A stretch of DNA of 39,784 nt from a virus (lineage: Duplodnaviria; Caudoviricetes): positions 1 to 39,784 of IMG/VR virus record IMGVR_UViG_3300037462_000136; one strand, written 5' to 3'. The notes under the pieces are model-generated. The model was not told the origin of the DNA. It saw only the letters and a list, made by a program, of their open reading frames with translations, and ran no database searches. The translations under genes and the position numbers were made by a program. Shown here piece after piece: positions 26,707 through 34,577 of this stretch (positions are counted from its first letter, which is position 1; each line of letters starts with the position of its first letter).

Positions 26707-26930
26707 TGGACGAAGCCAAGCGCCGCGCCCGCGCCGAAGAACTGGCGAGGTTCCTCGCCAAGCAAGCGAGGCAAGAACCAGATGCGCCGTTCGCTCTGGG
26801 CGAGCCGTATCGTGTTCACACACCCTGGGGAATGGGCACGCTGCCGGAAGTCTCAAAGGTCGTTCCACTTTGGACGACCTATTACGGCACGGCACTCGGG
26901 ATCATCGAGCGCGAGGAACGCGATGCCTGA
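26703..26930 (+). CDS. Hypothetical early protein
   Basis: ATGA-coupled. Confidence 0.55.
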   Translation: MMDEAKRRARAEELARFLAKQARQEPDAPFALGEPYRVHTPWGMGTLPEVSKVVPLWTTYYGTALGIIEREERDA

Positions 26931-27084
26931 CCCCTCGTTCGGCATGATGCCTAAAGGCCCGACCACCGTAACCACTGACGCCGTGCGTGTTGGCGTATTC
27001 ATCCTCGGATGGAAAGCCGGCGCTGGCATGGGCTTCCTCGCCGGGTTCATGGCCGCGCTTGTGCTGGCCGGGTGGGTGCTGTGA
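26923..27084 (+). CDS. Small membrane protein
   Basis: RBS GAGG; hydrophobic C-terminal half. Confidence 0.55.
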   Translation: MPDPSFGMMPKGPTTVTTDAVRVGVFILGWKAGAGMGFLAGFMAALVLAGWVL

Positions 27085-27152
27085 TGCCTCCGAAGTGGCT
27101 CGACCGCGACGCGCTCGCCGCGCATATCAGCGAGGGCGCCCATGGACGCTGA
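27084..27152 (+). pseudogene. Truncated excisionase/AlpA-like relic (MPPKWLDRDALAAHISEGAHGR)
   Basis: TGATG-coupled; resembles the P.WLD...AA.is start of phage excisionase HTHs but stops after 22 aa; last position in the pL operon. Confidence 0.35.
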
Positions 27153-27414
27153 AACCCGCCGCGTCATCGCGACAGGCTCGCCCCTCTCGCCGCTTGATCA
27201 GGACATCATCGGCAGCCTGTCCATGCAGCTACGCTGGCAGGTCGGGGACCAACTCGACCTGCGCCGCATATCCGCAATCCTGCGCGCCTTCGCGAACCGG
27301 CTGGAAGTGATTAGCGACCCGCGCCGCTTCGACACCCGCGCCGCGCTGCTGCTCGCCAAGTATGAGCGCAAACTCACGCAGGACAAACTTGCGTCCAAAC
27401 CAAAGAGGCGTTAG
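27142..27414 (+). CDS. Hypothetical protein
   Basis: 90 aa, RBS GAGGG. Confidence 0.6.
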   Translation: MDAETRRVIATGSPLSPLDQDIIGSLSMQLRWQVGDQLDLRRISAILRAFANRLEVISDPRRFDTRAALLLAKYERKLTQDKLASKPKRR

Positions 27415-27674
27415 GAATTGTTGTGTGCGGACAGTGGGTTATTCTTCCGCAGTGGGGACTATATATAGTCGCTGTATTGTCCGAAGTCAGAATATACCTT
27501 CTACGACACCAGCGCGTGGCACAAGACTTGCCGTTCAAGTCTTTGAATTACTTAGCACTAGACTCCTTGCCCGCCGCGCCACCCGGGCGCCACGGTCGGC
27601 CATCCCTAGATGTAGAGTCAAGCCCGGATGATATTCCGCCGCATGGCAAGCGGCATGCCATAGGAGAATGATCT

Positions 27675-28010
27675 ATGGATGAATTGCGCATGTGCGCGGT
27701 TGTCCGGGGGGATTTGGCTATTCCGCCGGGCAAGTTGGCCGCCCAAGTCGGGCATGCGTTTGTGGGGGCGTGGGTATCAGCGGCGCCGCTCGGGGGAGAG
27801 TGGTCGATTACAAAAATTGTTCTGCGTGCCGAAAGCGAGGAAGCCCTTCTGCGCGTTATGGACGTTGCCGCGCGCCGAGGCGTGCCGCACGCCCTTGTCC
27901 GCGACCAAGGGCGAACCGTGTTCGCAACGCCGACCGTGACTTGCCTTGGTTTGGGGCCGATGGGCCGCACCGATTACAACGCCGTCACGCGCGGCCTGAG
28001 TCTCTATTAA
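27675..28010 (+). CDS. pth2: Peptidyl-tRNA hydrolase, Pth2 (archaeal/eukaryotic-type) family
   Basis: VVRGDL...GKLAAQVGHA, KIVL, DQGRT, TVTCLGLGP, VTRGLSLY match the PTH2 signature; RBS AGGAG at 8 nt. Confidence 0.9.
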   Translation: MDELRMCAVVRGDLAIPPGKLAAQVGHAFVGAWVSAAPLGGEWSITKIVLRAESEEALLRVMDVAARRGVPHALVRDQGRTVFATPTVTCLGLGPMGRTDYNAVTRGLSLY

Positions 28011-28702
28011 GCCGCCAGCGCCGCCCGATACCGCCGCCGAACGTCGTCCAAGCCGTTCAAGCCGCCGTTGATGGCGCGGCGCCAGGCTTCGATATCCTCG
28101 CGGTCCGCGAGGGGGTTGCAGCCCTTCCAAGCGCCCCATGTCCAGGCCGCGATGGCCGCCGCGTGCTGCGGCTCGGCAGCCATGGCGGGCGTGACCTCAA
28201 GCGGCAGGCCAAGCGCGGCCCCTGCCCGCCTGTAAGCGTCGCGGCCGGTCAGCTGGATCAGGCCGCGACCGCGATAGGCCCACCCGTCGCCGGTGGCCGG
28301 CGGCCCGTTGCCCATGCGCCCGCCGTAAGCGACGTTCGCGATGCCTTCCTGATCGGCGGGCTTGCCGGTCGTGCGGCCGTAGCGTTCGGCCAGGCCGCCA
28401 CCAAAGCGGTTCGGCCATGTCTTCATAAGCCCGGCGGCGCTGTAATTCAGGTTTTCATTAAGAACCTGCCCGTTCGCGCTCTCGTGCGCGACCGTTGCCG
28501 CGAAGGCCGCTAGGCGCCGGCCCGGGTGGATGCCGAACCGCTGGCACGGTTCCGCGAGATGCCGCGCCCAGAATTCCGCCTCCACGAACCCGGCGGCTTT
28601 CAGGACGGCGGCGAGCGCGACCGGCGGCGGTTCGGGCGTGGCAACAGGCGTGGCAACCGGATGCGGGCGGCCGAACAGCCGCGCGAGGATATCAGCGCCC
28701 AT
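28007..28702 (-). CDS. Endolysin, glycoside hydrolase family 19
   Basis: AHES...ENLNYSA, YRGRGLIQLTGR..Y, INGGLNGL motifs. Confidence 0.92.
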   Translation of the reverse strand: MGADILARLFGRPHPVATPVATPEPPPVALAAVLKAAGFVEAEFWARHLAEPCQRFGIHPGRRLAAFAATVAHESANGQVLNENLNYSAAGLMKTWPNRFGGGLAERYGRTTGKPADQEGIANVAYGGRMGNGPPATGDGWAYRGRGLIQLTGRDAYRRAGAALGLPLEVTPAMAAEPQHAAAIAAWTWGAWKGCNPLADREDIEAWRRAINGGLNGLDDVRRRYRAALAA

Positions 28703-28943
28703 TGTCTCGATCCCTGTCCGGCCCGCCGCCCCAACAGCCCAGCCGCACGCCCGTGCGGTTGTGCGCGAGCAGCTCGCGCGACGTTTCCGCCGTCAGCACG
28801 TCATCCTTGTGGACATAGATCGCCCGCCACGGGGCGCAGACATCGCCGCTAGGGGCGCTGCCACTCATCTCGCAGCCTGCCAACAGGATCAGGCTCGCGA
28901 TTAGCGCGATCTTCCTCGCCACGTCGGGCCTCCATCTGCTCAA
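28692..28943 (-). CDS. o-spanin (Rz1-like lipoprotein); start uncertain
   Basis: Lipobox ILLAGC; overlaps i-spanin out of frame; ..ELLAHN...C end. Confidence 0.75.
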   Translation of the reverse strand: MSRWRPDVARKIALIASLILLAGCEMSGSAPSGDVCAPWRAIYVHKDDVLTAETSRELLAHNRTGVRLGCWGGGPDRDRDNGR

Positions 28944-29115
28944 TCTGCCGCTGCAACGCCGCGACCTCGCGCCGCGCCTGCGCGGCTTCCAGGGCCGCTA
29001 TCTGCCGCCCCGCCCTCTCCATCCACGCCCAGGCAAACAAGCCGCCAGCGACCGCCGCAACGGCGGCGTAGCGGCCTAGCGGAGAGGCTACGAAGCCAAG
29101 CGCGGCGGGGATCAT
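28849..29115 (-). CDS. i-spanin (Rz-like)
   Basis: N-terminal TM helix followed by coiled coil. Confidence 0.7.
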   Translation of the reverse strand: MIPAALGFVASPLGRYAAVAAVAGGLFAWAWMERAGRQIAALEAAQARREVAALQRQIEQMEARRGEEDRANREPDPVGRLRDEWQRP

Positions 29116-29360
29116 CGCGTTACAGCCTTGACGCGGTAACGGGGAAGGCCGCGCGCGTCAGTGCCAACGCGGCGCGGCACAAGCGGCGAATACAAAGGGC
29201 GCGGATAAGGCGGCCACGGCTGCTGCGGCGACAGTTGGTGTTGTCGGACCAAATCGCGGAACTTCACAGCGTTGGGGTTGTAATCAGGCTGCGCGCCGCA
29301 CCTGTAGGGCGGCACGCGGCAGGCGCCCGTGCAGGCGCAACTTGCGGTGAGTTGCATCAC
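29112..29360 (-). CDS. Hypothetical Cys/Pro-rich protein in lysis cassette
   Basis: Coupled both sides; CACTGAC....C motif. Confidence 0.5.
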   Translation of the reverse strand: MMQLTASCACTGACRVPPYRCGAQPDYNPNAVKFRDLVRQHQLSPQQPWPPYPRPLYSPLVPRRVGTDARGLPRYRVKAVTR

Positions 29361-29530
29361 TTGCTCTCAGGCCGCAGCGCCGACCAAGCGCCAAGGATGG
29401 CGATGACGACATAGATCGCCGCCTCCCAAGCCGCCTCGGAATTGCCCCCGCCCGCCAGCGCGAACAGGACAACGGCGATGCTGCGCGCCGTGCCGGGTTC
29501 GGCAAGGCGCTCGCGGATGAATTCGATCAT
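29357..29530 (-). CDS. Putative holin (57 aa)
   Basis: Two TM segments, RLAEPGT start, charged tail; upstream of spanins and endolysin. Confidence 0.65.
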   Translation of the reverse strand: MIEFIRERLAEPGTARSIAVVLFALAGGGNSEAAWEAAIYVVIAILGAWSALRPESK

Positions 29531-29883
29531 GTGAGGTTCTCCGGGAAGAAACACCAAAGCTGGTAGCCATCCGGCCAGTGCGGATTGAGCGAGTAGAAAA
29601 GCAACGCCTCGCCCGGAAACGGCGATGGGTCGGCCGGGTTCGGCTGCATCACGCGGCCGGGCGGCACGTCGCGCCATTCACCCGTGATGCGGACCTGATA
29701 GCGCCCGCCTTGGATGCGCCATTCAACCGCGCGGCCGATGAACACGTCGCGGTAGTCGCAGCACTTCGTGCCGTCGCGGGCGCGCTGGCGATCAAGCCAG
29801 GCATTTTCGTCTTCCGTCAGGCCGGGCGTGTGCGCGAGAGCGGGCGCTACTATCAGCAGCGCGGCGAAGATTGTGCGCTTCAC
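29527..29883 (-). CDS. Secreted protein with signal peptide
   Basis: MKRTIFAALLIVAPALA signal; KCCD and WCF cysteines. Confidence 0.7.
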   Translation of the reverse strand: MKRTIFAALLIVAPALAHTPGLTEDENAWLDRQRARDGTKCCDYRDVFIGRAVEWRIQGGRYQVRITGEWRDVPPGRVMQPNPADPSPFPGEALLFYSLNPHWPDGYQLWCFFPENLT

Positions 29884-30620
29884 GGCGCGGGCCTAACGGG
29901 GACGGAATCAAATATTGCCACTTCTGGCCCGTCAACTATGCCGCTTACGCCCGTAAAGCCCGCGCGCCGAAATAGCGCCTGCGCCGCTTCGTCCCCGCCC
30001 ATCATCCCCGAAAGTCGCCGAAAGAACGGATATCCGTCGCTTGGGTCCATGCGCCCGCCTAGTTCTGCAATTTGCTCGCGCAAATTAGCGGGGGCAGCGT
30101 CAACCAAGCGGGCGACCTGGTCGCGCCAAACTTGGTATGGGTTTACCTGCGAACCGTTGCTAATCCAACTACGCCCCAAGCCGTAAAACGCATCGGGCGG
30201 CACCTGCGCGGAATACATCTGGCCGCTTTCGCCCGCGTATTGCTGGGCGACATTGCGCGCGGGCGACATGTAAACGGCAGGCCCAAACGGCCCGCGCTCG
30301 CTAGGTCGAAGTTCCCCAATCCCCGTCGCGCGCGTGCCATGATAAAGATCAAGCGCCCCCGTGGTGCGGAACGTCGCCGGGTTCGCCGCGAACCCCATCA
30401 CAATTCGATTGCCGCGCGAGTTCGGATCAAGCGTATCCGCGACAATCTCGCGCCAACCCGGCCGCGTCGGCTGCGGATTGCGCGCTTCCGTATATCCCGG
30501 CGTCGGCGGCATATCCGCGCCGGGCGTCGGCGCGTCGAGCAGTAGCCGCGTCAACATGTTCTCGCGCATCGGCGCCGCGGCCGGGCGCAAGAGGTTTGCG
30601 AGTATGTTTAGATCGCTCAT
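29880..30620 (-). CDS. ADP-ribosyltransferase-like protein (H-Y-E / ART-PolyVal type)
   Basis: LYHGT, GPFGPAVYMSP...AQQYA, GFTGV...PEVAIFD. Confidence 0.65.
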   Translation of the reverse strand: MSDLNILANLLRPAAAPMRENMLTRLLLDAPTPGADMPPTPGYTEARNPQPTRPGWREIVADTLDPNSRGNRIVMGFAANPATFRTTGALDLYHGTRATGIGELRPSERGPFGPAVYMSPARNVAQQYAGESGQMYSAQVPPDAFYGLGRSWISNGSQVNPYQVWRDQVARLVDAAPANLREQIAELGGRMDPSDGYPFFRRLSGMMGGDEAAQALFRRAGFTGVSGIVDGPEVAIFDSVPVRPAP

Positions 30621-30829
30621 CGGCTCTCAACCTTCCAGCCCCGCCGGAACATCGCGTCGATCAGCCCCGCTGCCTGCGCGCGATACCGCTCGCGCGTGGC
30701 TTCGTCGGTCCAATAGGCGTGTATCCATCCGTCCACGAAGGCGAGCGACTCAGCCATCGCGACCACCGGGTCGCGCATCTGCGGCCACATCTCATGCGGC
30801 TTATTCGTCGGCGCTGTCGTCGTCGTCAT
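30617..30829 (-). CDS. Hypothetical protein; start uncertain
   Basis: ATGA-coupled to ART gene. Confidence 0.45.
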   Translation of the reverse strand: MTTTTAPTNKPHEMWPQMRDPVVAMAESLAFVDGWIHAYWTDEATRERYRAQAAGLIDAMFRRGWKVESR

Positions 30830-31031
30830 CGCCGCTTTCCTCCGGATAGATTGCCGCTTGCACGATTTCGAGCAGGCCGCGCAGGACCGCCTGCGACCCC
30901 TCGGGATGCGTCCGGACTTGCACGCCTTGCGGCGTCTCCCAGACCAGCAGCATCACCGTCGCGCCGTCCGCTTGCGCCTCCCCCGCCGCGAACCTCAGAG
31001 CGTCCGCCAGCGGCGACGGGGGCAGCGGCAT
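30801..31031 (-). CDS. Hypothetical acidic-tailed protein
   Basis: RBS GGAG before MPLPPSP; overlaps the 3' extension of the phosphoesterase. Confidence 0.55.
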   Translation of the reverse strand: MPLPPSPLADALRFAAGEAQADGATVMLLVWETPQGVQVRTHPEGSQAVLRGLLEIVQAAIYPEESGDDDDDSADE

Positions 31032-31992
31032 GGATGAGGCTCCCTCGGAAGAACGCTTGACCATTGATGACCTCGCAGAACTCGGGCGGCAGCATCTGCC
31101 CGCGCCAGAACGTCAGGACAGCGAAGCCGCTGCCCCAATTCGCAGGACTGTCCTCGCCGTAATCGAATTGCTGCCCGCCGATATCGGCCAGCGTGCCCGT
31201 GTCCACGCCGTAGCGACGGCCGTTGTAGTCGGTGAACGGCGTGGCAAGCAGGCGATGCAGATGACCCGTAACGATGGTCCTGCCGCCCTTCAGCACGTTG
31301 TTGTAAGGGCCGTGGATGCCGTTGTGCCAGCGGTGCTTCACGATGACCGAGCCGTTGACCTCTACCGACCAACTCTCAAACCAATCCGGCAGATGATCGC
31401 GCAGCATCATGCCGGCCAGGTGCCGCACGTCCGGGACGCGCGTCGCCAACATGCGGTCAAACCGCACGTCGTGATTGCCGATGGTCCGCAGCGTCGCCGC
31501 CCCCCGCGCCGCCTCGCGCAGTTCCGCGAGTTGCGCTTGCAGGTTTTCCAGCTCCGCGAACAGCGGCGGCTTGTCTTCCCAGCCTAGCGGGTCGTGGCGA
31601 CTGATCTGCGGCGCGTCGAGAACGTCGCCGTTCGCGATGATCGCCGCCGGCTTCAGGTCGCGCGCGAGACGCAAGAGCGCCTCATGAGCGACGGTCCGCG
31701 CGCGGCCGGGCCACCAATGCGCGTCGGAGAAGACAAGGATAACCCCGTCTTCCAACTCGACCGGCCGCCGCTTGCAGTAGGTGCGCCCGTCCTCGGGCGA
31801 TGTGTAGACAAGGCGCTTGTCGTTGGCAGGAAGGGAACCCGTCGCGAGCGTGACGCCCGCGCGTTCCAGCCGCTCGCGCCGCGAGTAGGTCGCGCGCTCG
31901 GATATGTCGAGCATCTGCGCCGTCTTGCGGGGAGAGCCGCCGGTTGCCTGCCAAGCCTTGAGAAACGCCTCATCAGAGACGACTTTCGGCAT
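30826..31992 (-). CDS. Calcineurin-like metallophosphoesterase with N-terminal HTH
   Basis: SDAH, NGDVLD, GNHD, KH, GHLH motifs. Confidence 0.88.
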   Translation of the reverse strand: MPKVVSDEAFLKAWQATGGSPRKTAQMLDISERATYSRRERLERAGVTLATGSLPANDKRLVYTSPEDGRTYCKRRPVELEDGVILVFSDAHWWPGRARTVAHEALLRLARDLKPAAIIANGDVLDAPQISRHDPLGWEDKPPLFAELENLQAQLAELREAARGAATLRTIGNHDVRFDRMLATRVPDVRHLAGMMLRDHLPDWFESWSVEVNGSVIVKHRWHNGIHGPYNNVLKGGRTIVTGHLHRLLATPFTDYNGRRYGVDTGTLADIGGQQFDYGEDSPANWGSGFAVLTFWRGQMLPPEFCEVINGQAFFRGSLIHAAAPVAAGGRSEVRGGGGASGRRDGDAAGLGDAARRASPDASRGVAGGPARPARNRASGNLSGGKRR

Positions 31993-32222
31993 TACCGCAC
32001 CGACCGCCAGACAGCGACGGCAAGCCCGCCAATGGCGAGCGCGGCGCCAAACAGGCCCGCCACGATCTTCCAGCCGCCGCGCGCCTGGTTGAGCAGATCG
32101 GTCAGTTTGTCGATTGAGGTTTCGAGCCTATCGACGGCTTCCTCAAGTCGCTTGATGCGCTCGGTGAGGTGCAAGACATCTCGTTCCAGCGCGCCGAAGA
32201 CGCGCGGGTCTACATCGCCCAT
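31992..32222 (-). CDS. Coiled-coil plus C-terminal TM protein (possible holin/antiholin)
   Basis: Heptad region then hydrophobic tail. Confidence 0.6.
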   Translation of the reverse strand: MGDVDPRVFGALERDVLHLTERIKRLEEAVDRLETSIDKLTDLLNQARGGWKIVAGLFGAALAIGGLAVAVWRSVR

Positions 32223-32236
32223 TGATCTGCCCCGGA

Positions 32237-32716
32237 TCAGAGTGAGAGGTAAAGCGCGGCCCCTATTGCGCCGCCGAACGTTGCCTCACCTATTTCTGTC
32301 GCGCGGGGCGGGTATGCCCGCCACCCGACCTCATAGAGAACGCCGCAGAGCAGGCCCGCCACGATCAGCGGGACGGCGTTCGCAATGTCAAAAGATGCCG
32401 CCGCGCAGACGAGCGCCGCCGGCAGCGTCCACAACAGGCCGCGCGCGGTATGCAACACGAAGTCACGCAGCCATTCGCCCTCGACGCGGCCAAGGTCCAG
32501 CGACCTCCACCAGCCCAGCAGCGTGCCGAGATATAGCCCCACGGCTATAGCGGCGGCGTTATACCAGTCGGTATGGACCGCGCTCAGCGCGCCCATTGGC
32601 AGCGCCCATGCAAGCAACCGCGCCGTTGTCGCGCCGCGCCCCGTCCACCGCTGGAACACCGCCGCGCCGCGCAGCCAGAAGCCGGCGGCGCCGATGGCGA
32701 CGAACAGGGCGAGCAT
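32237..32716 (-). CDS. Multi-pass membrane protein
   Basis: Several hydrophobic helices; start MLALFV just after upstream stop. Confidence 0.65.
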   Translation of the reverse strand: MLALFVAIGAAGFWLRGAAVFQRWTGRGATTARLLAWALPMGALSAVHTDWYNAAAIAVGLYLGTLLGWWRSLDLGRVEGEWLRDFVLHTARGLLWTLPAALVCAAASFDIANAVPLIVAGLLCGVLYEVGWRAYPPRATEIGEATFGGAIGAALYLSL

Positions 32717-32718
32717 GA

Positions 32719-33072
32719 CTAGATCGTCCCCGCCTCGCGCCAGCCCGCGTCCATCTGCTCGGGCGAAAAGCCAAGCATGGCGCCGATCAGCGACACGAAC
32801 GGATGATCGCGTTCGTAAAGGTTGGACTTGCGCCACTCGATCAGCGCCTCGCCGCGCTGCCTGGCGTCGGGAATTTGCGCGATCGCGGCCTCTACCATGT
32901 CCTCAGTGATGCCGTTCCGCAGCAGCCAAAGCGCAAGCTGCCGCTGCGTAATGCCGGGGATGGCGCGCGGCGCGGCAGCATTGGCCGCCCATTCGGCGCG
33001 GATTGCATCAGCCTCTTCCTCGGACAGTTCGACCAAGACGCCGTTGACCACGCGGAAAAGAGTCTCGCTCAT
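32719..33072 (-). CDS. Tail fibre-associated / assembly protein
   Basis: Follows fibre; VNG...LSEEE, ITQRQL..WL, IEW......R.HP....G...EQMD pattern. Confidence 0.6.
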   Translation of the reverse strand: MSETLFRVVNGVLVELSEEEADAIRAEWAANAAAPRAIPGITQRQLALWLLRNGITEDMVEAAIAQIPDARQRGEALIEWRKSNLYERDHPFVSLIGAMLGFSPEQMDAGWREAGTI

Positions 33073-33074
33073 GC

Positions 33075-34400
33075 CTAGCGCCTCGCGAACAGCGTAAACT
33101 GTCCTTCGGAGATGTTGCCGGATGACATCAGGAAGCGGATGGCGTTGACCACGGTCGCCGAGTTGCGGCGGAAACTGCGGATTTGCTGCTCCATCACCCC
33201 CGTGCCGTTGGACGGGAACGCAATAACGACGTTTGCCAGCGGCCGAAGGGTTCCGTTGCCCGGGTAGAAATCAATGGCCGCCAAGCTGCTTTCTGTCGCT
33301 ACGCCCGTGTCAATTGTGCCCGCCAGAATGCCAGAACTCGCGTTAGCAGGCGCGCCGCCAACACCCGTGCTGACGACGATGCCGAGGCTCGTGTAATCCG
33401 CAGCGCCCGCATCGAAGGAAGACCCGCCGTCCGTGCTGGTCCGCATCAGCGGCTGCACGTTGTCGGTCGCGGGGCGCATGCCGGAAATTTCGATGCGATA
33501 CATCGAGAACCCCGCCGGAAGCGCGAAGTCAACTTGCGCAACCGTGCTCGCCGTCGTGCGCAGCACGCGCCGCCACTCAAAGTCAGACACGCCGAGCGCG
33601 AGCCAGCCCGTGGCCGTCGCGATCAGTTCGACGGACTCACCCGGAAAGACGTGATAGACCGTCTCGCCGTTGACCGTCTCGCTGCTGTTGCCGTCGAGCA
33701 GCAGCCAAGCGGTCGAAGACTGCGCGTTGCGCACCTTGACCGCACTGCCAGGCGTCACCCCGCTAAGGGCGGGAAGCGTCAGGGTCGCCGGCGCCGAGAG
33801 CGTAAACACCTGCGTCACGCCGAAATCAGCCGTGGTCAAAGTGTAGTCGCCCGTTCGCGCGGCCGGCGCCAGCGCGCTAGCCGGCAGCGCGGACAGCATA
33901 AAATTCGTGCCGTCATAGCGCATCGTCACCAGCGAGCCCGCCGGCAACTGCCCCGCGAGCAGCGCCGCGCCTTGGGGCGAGACAAGCGACTTGGCGCCGA
34001 GCGAATTGACGTTGACGGTAACGGCGCCCGTGTTCGCGCTCGCGCCCGTCTTGAAGGTGTGGATTTCGCCCGTGACGTATGCGGTCGTGACGGGCGCGGT
34101 CGAGAGCGTGATGGCGTTCGCGGTGCCGCCCGCCGTGCCGCGCCAATCCGGATCGCCGTCCTGCGCCTGCCCAAGCGCCATGTAGTGGTTGCGCGCGGTG
34201 GCGTCGGCGACGTTGGTATGCCGGAAGCCGCCCATCGGGAGGTTCGCGGTCGGTGTCGTCTGGCCGTCTTTGGCGATCGAATTCGCCATCTCGGTCCCGA
34301 GGTCGCCAAACCACGAATTCACATCCGCCGAGACAATGGTTGTCCCGGCGACGAAGTTGGAAACGGGCTGGTTGTAACCGCCTGAGCCGTTACGCGGCAT
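33075..34400 (-). CDS. Tail fibre protein
   Basis: MPRNGSGGY...SIAKDGQTTPTANLPMGG anchor; GGTANAITL, ANTGAVT repeats; C-terminal NAIRFLMSSGNI domain. Confidence 0.85.
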   Translation of the reverse strand: MPRNGSGGYNQPVSNFVAGTTIVSADVNSWFGDLGTEMANSIAKDGQTTPTANLPMGGFRHTNVADATARNHYMALGQAQDGDPDWRGTAGGTANAITLSTAPVTTAYVTGEIHTFKTGASANTGAVTVNVNSLGAKSLVSPQGAALLAGQLPAGSLVTMRYDGTNFMLSALPASALAPAARTGDYTLTTADFGVTQVFTLSAPATLTLPALSGVTPGSAVKVRNAQSSTAWLLLDGNSSETVNGETVYHVFPGESVELIATATGWLALGVSDFEWRRVLRTTASTVAQVDFALPAGFSMYRIEISGMRPATDNVQPLMRTSTDGGSSFDAGAADYTSLGIVVSTGVGGAPANASSGILAGTIDTGVATESSLAAIDFYPGNGTLRPLANVVIAFPSNGTGVMEQQIRSFRRNSATVVNAIRFLMSSGNISEGQFTLFARR

Positions 34401-34415
34401 GTGCGCTACCTCACA

Positions 34416-34444
34416 ATGACGAAAGGCCGCGCATCTGGTAGGAT
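34416..34444 (+). promoter_or_regulatory. Antisense promoter
   Basis: ATGACG-17-TAGGAT with extended TGn; 7 nt before ATG 34452. Confidence 0.55.
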
Positions 34445-34451
34445 GGCGGCT

Positions 34452-34577
34452 ATGACAGGTTTCGAGAAAGCGATCGCGGCGTTTTTGACCGTCGCGCTAG
34501 GCGCGTCAGTTCGGGCGTTGTTCGCCTGGGGGCGCCAGAAGATACGCAGCCGCGCCCGGAGCGCCCAACGGCACTAG
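34452..34577 (+). CDS. 41-aa single-TM peptide, candidate superinfection exclusion factor
   Basis: MTGFEKAIAAFLTVALGASVRALFAWGRQKIRSRARSAQRH: hydrophobic helix then basic tail; leaderless behind promoter. Confidence 0.45.
   Translation: MTGFEKAIAAFLTVALGASVRALFAWGRQKIRSRARSAQRH

Noticed and set aside
27467-27480. Palindrome as a protelomerase (telRL) or dif site
   Set aside because: Only 14 bp, no protelomerase gene, and no convincing XerC/XerD arms by eye
27415-27674. tRNA or known ncRNA in the intergenic gap
   Set aside because: No cloverleaf or T-loop consensus found by eye; a tRNAscan or Infernal run would settle it
27668-27682. Minigene ATG ATC TAT GGA TGA overlapping the pth2 start as a bar-like sensor
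   Set aside because: The RBS is 1 nt from this ATG but 8 nt from the pth2 ATG; probably chance
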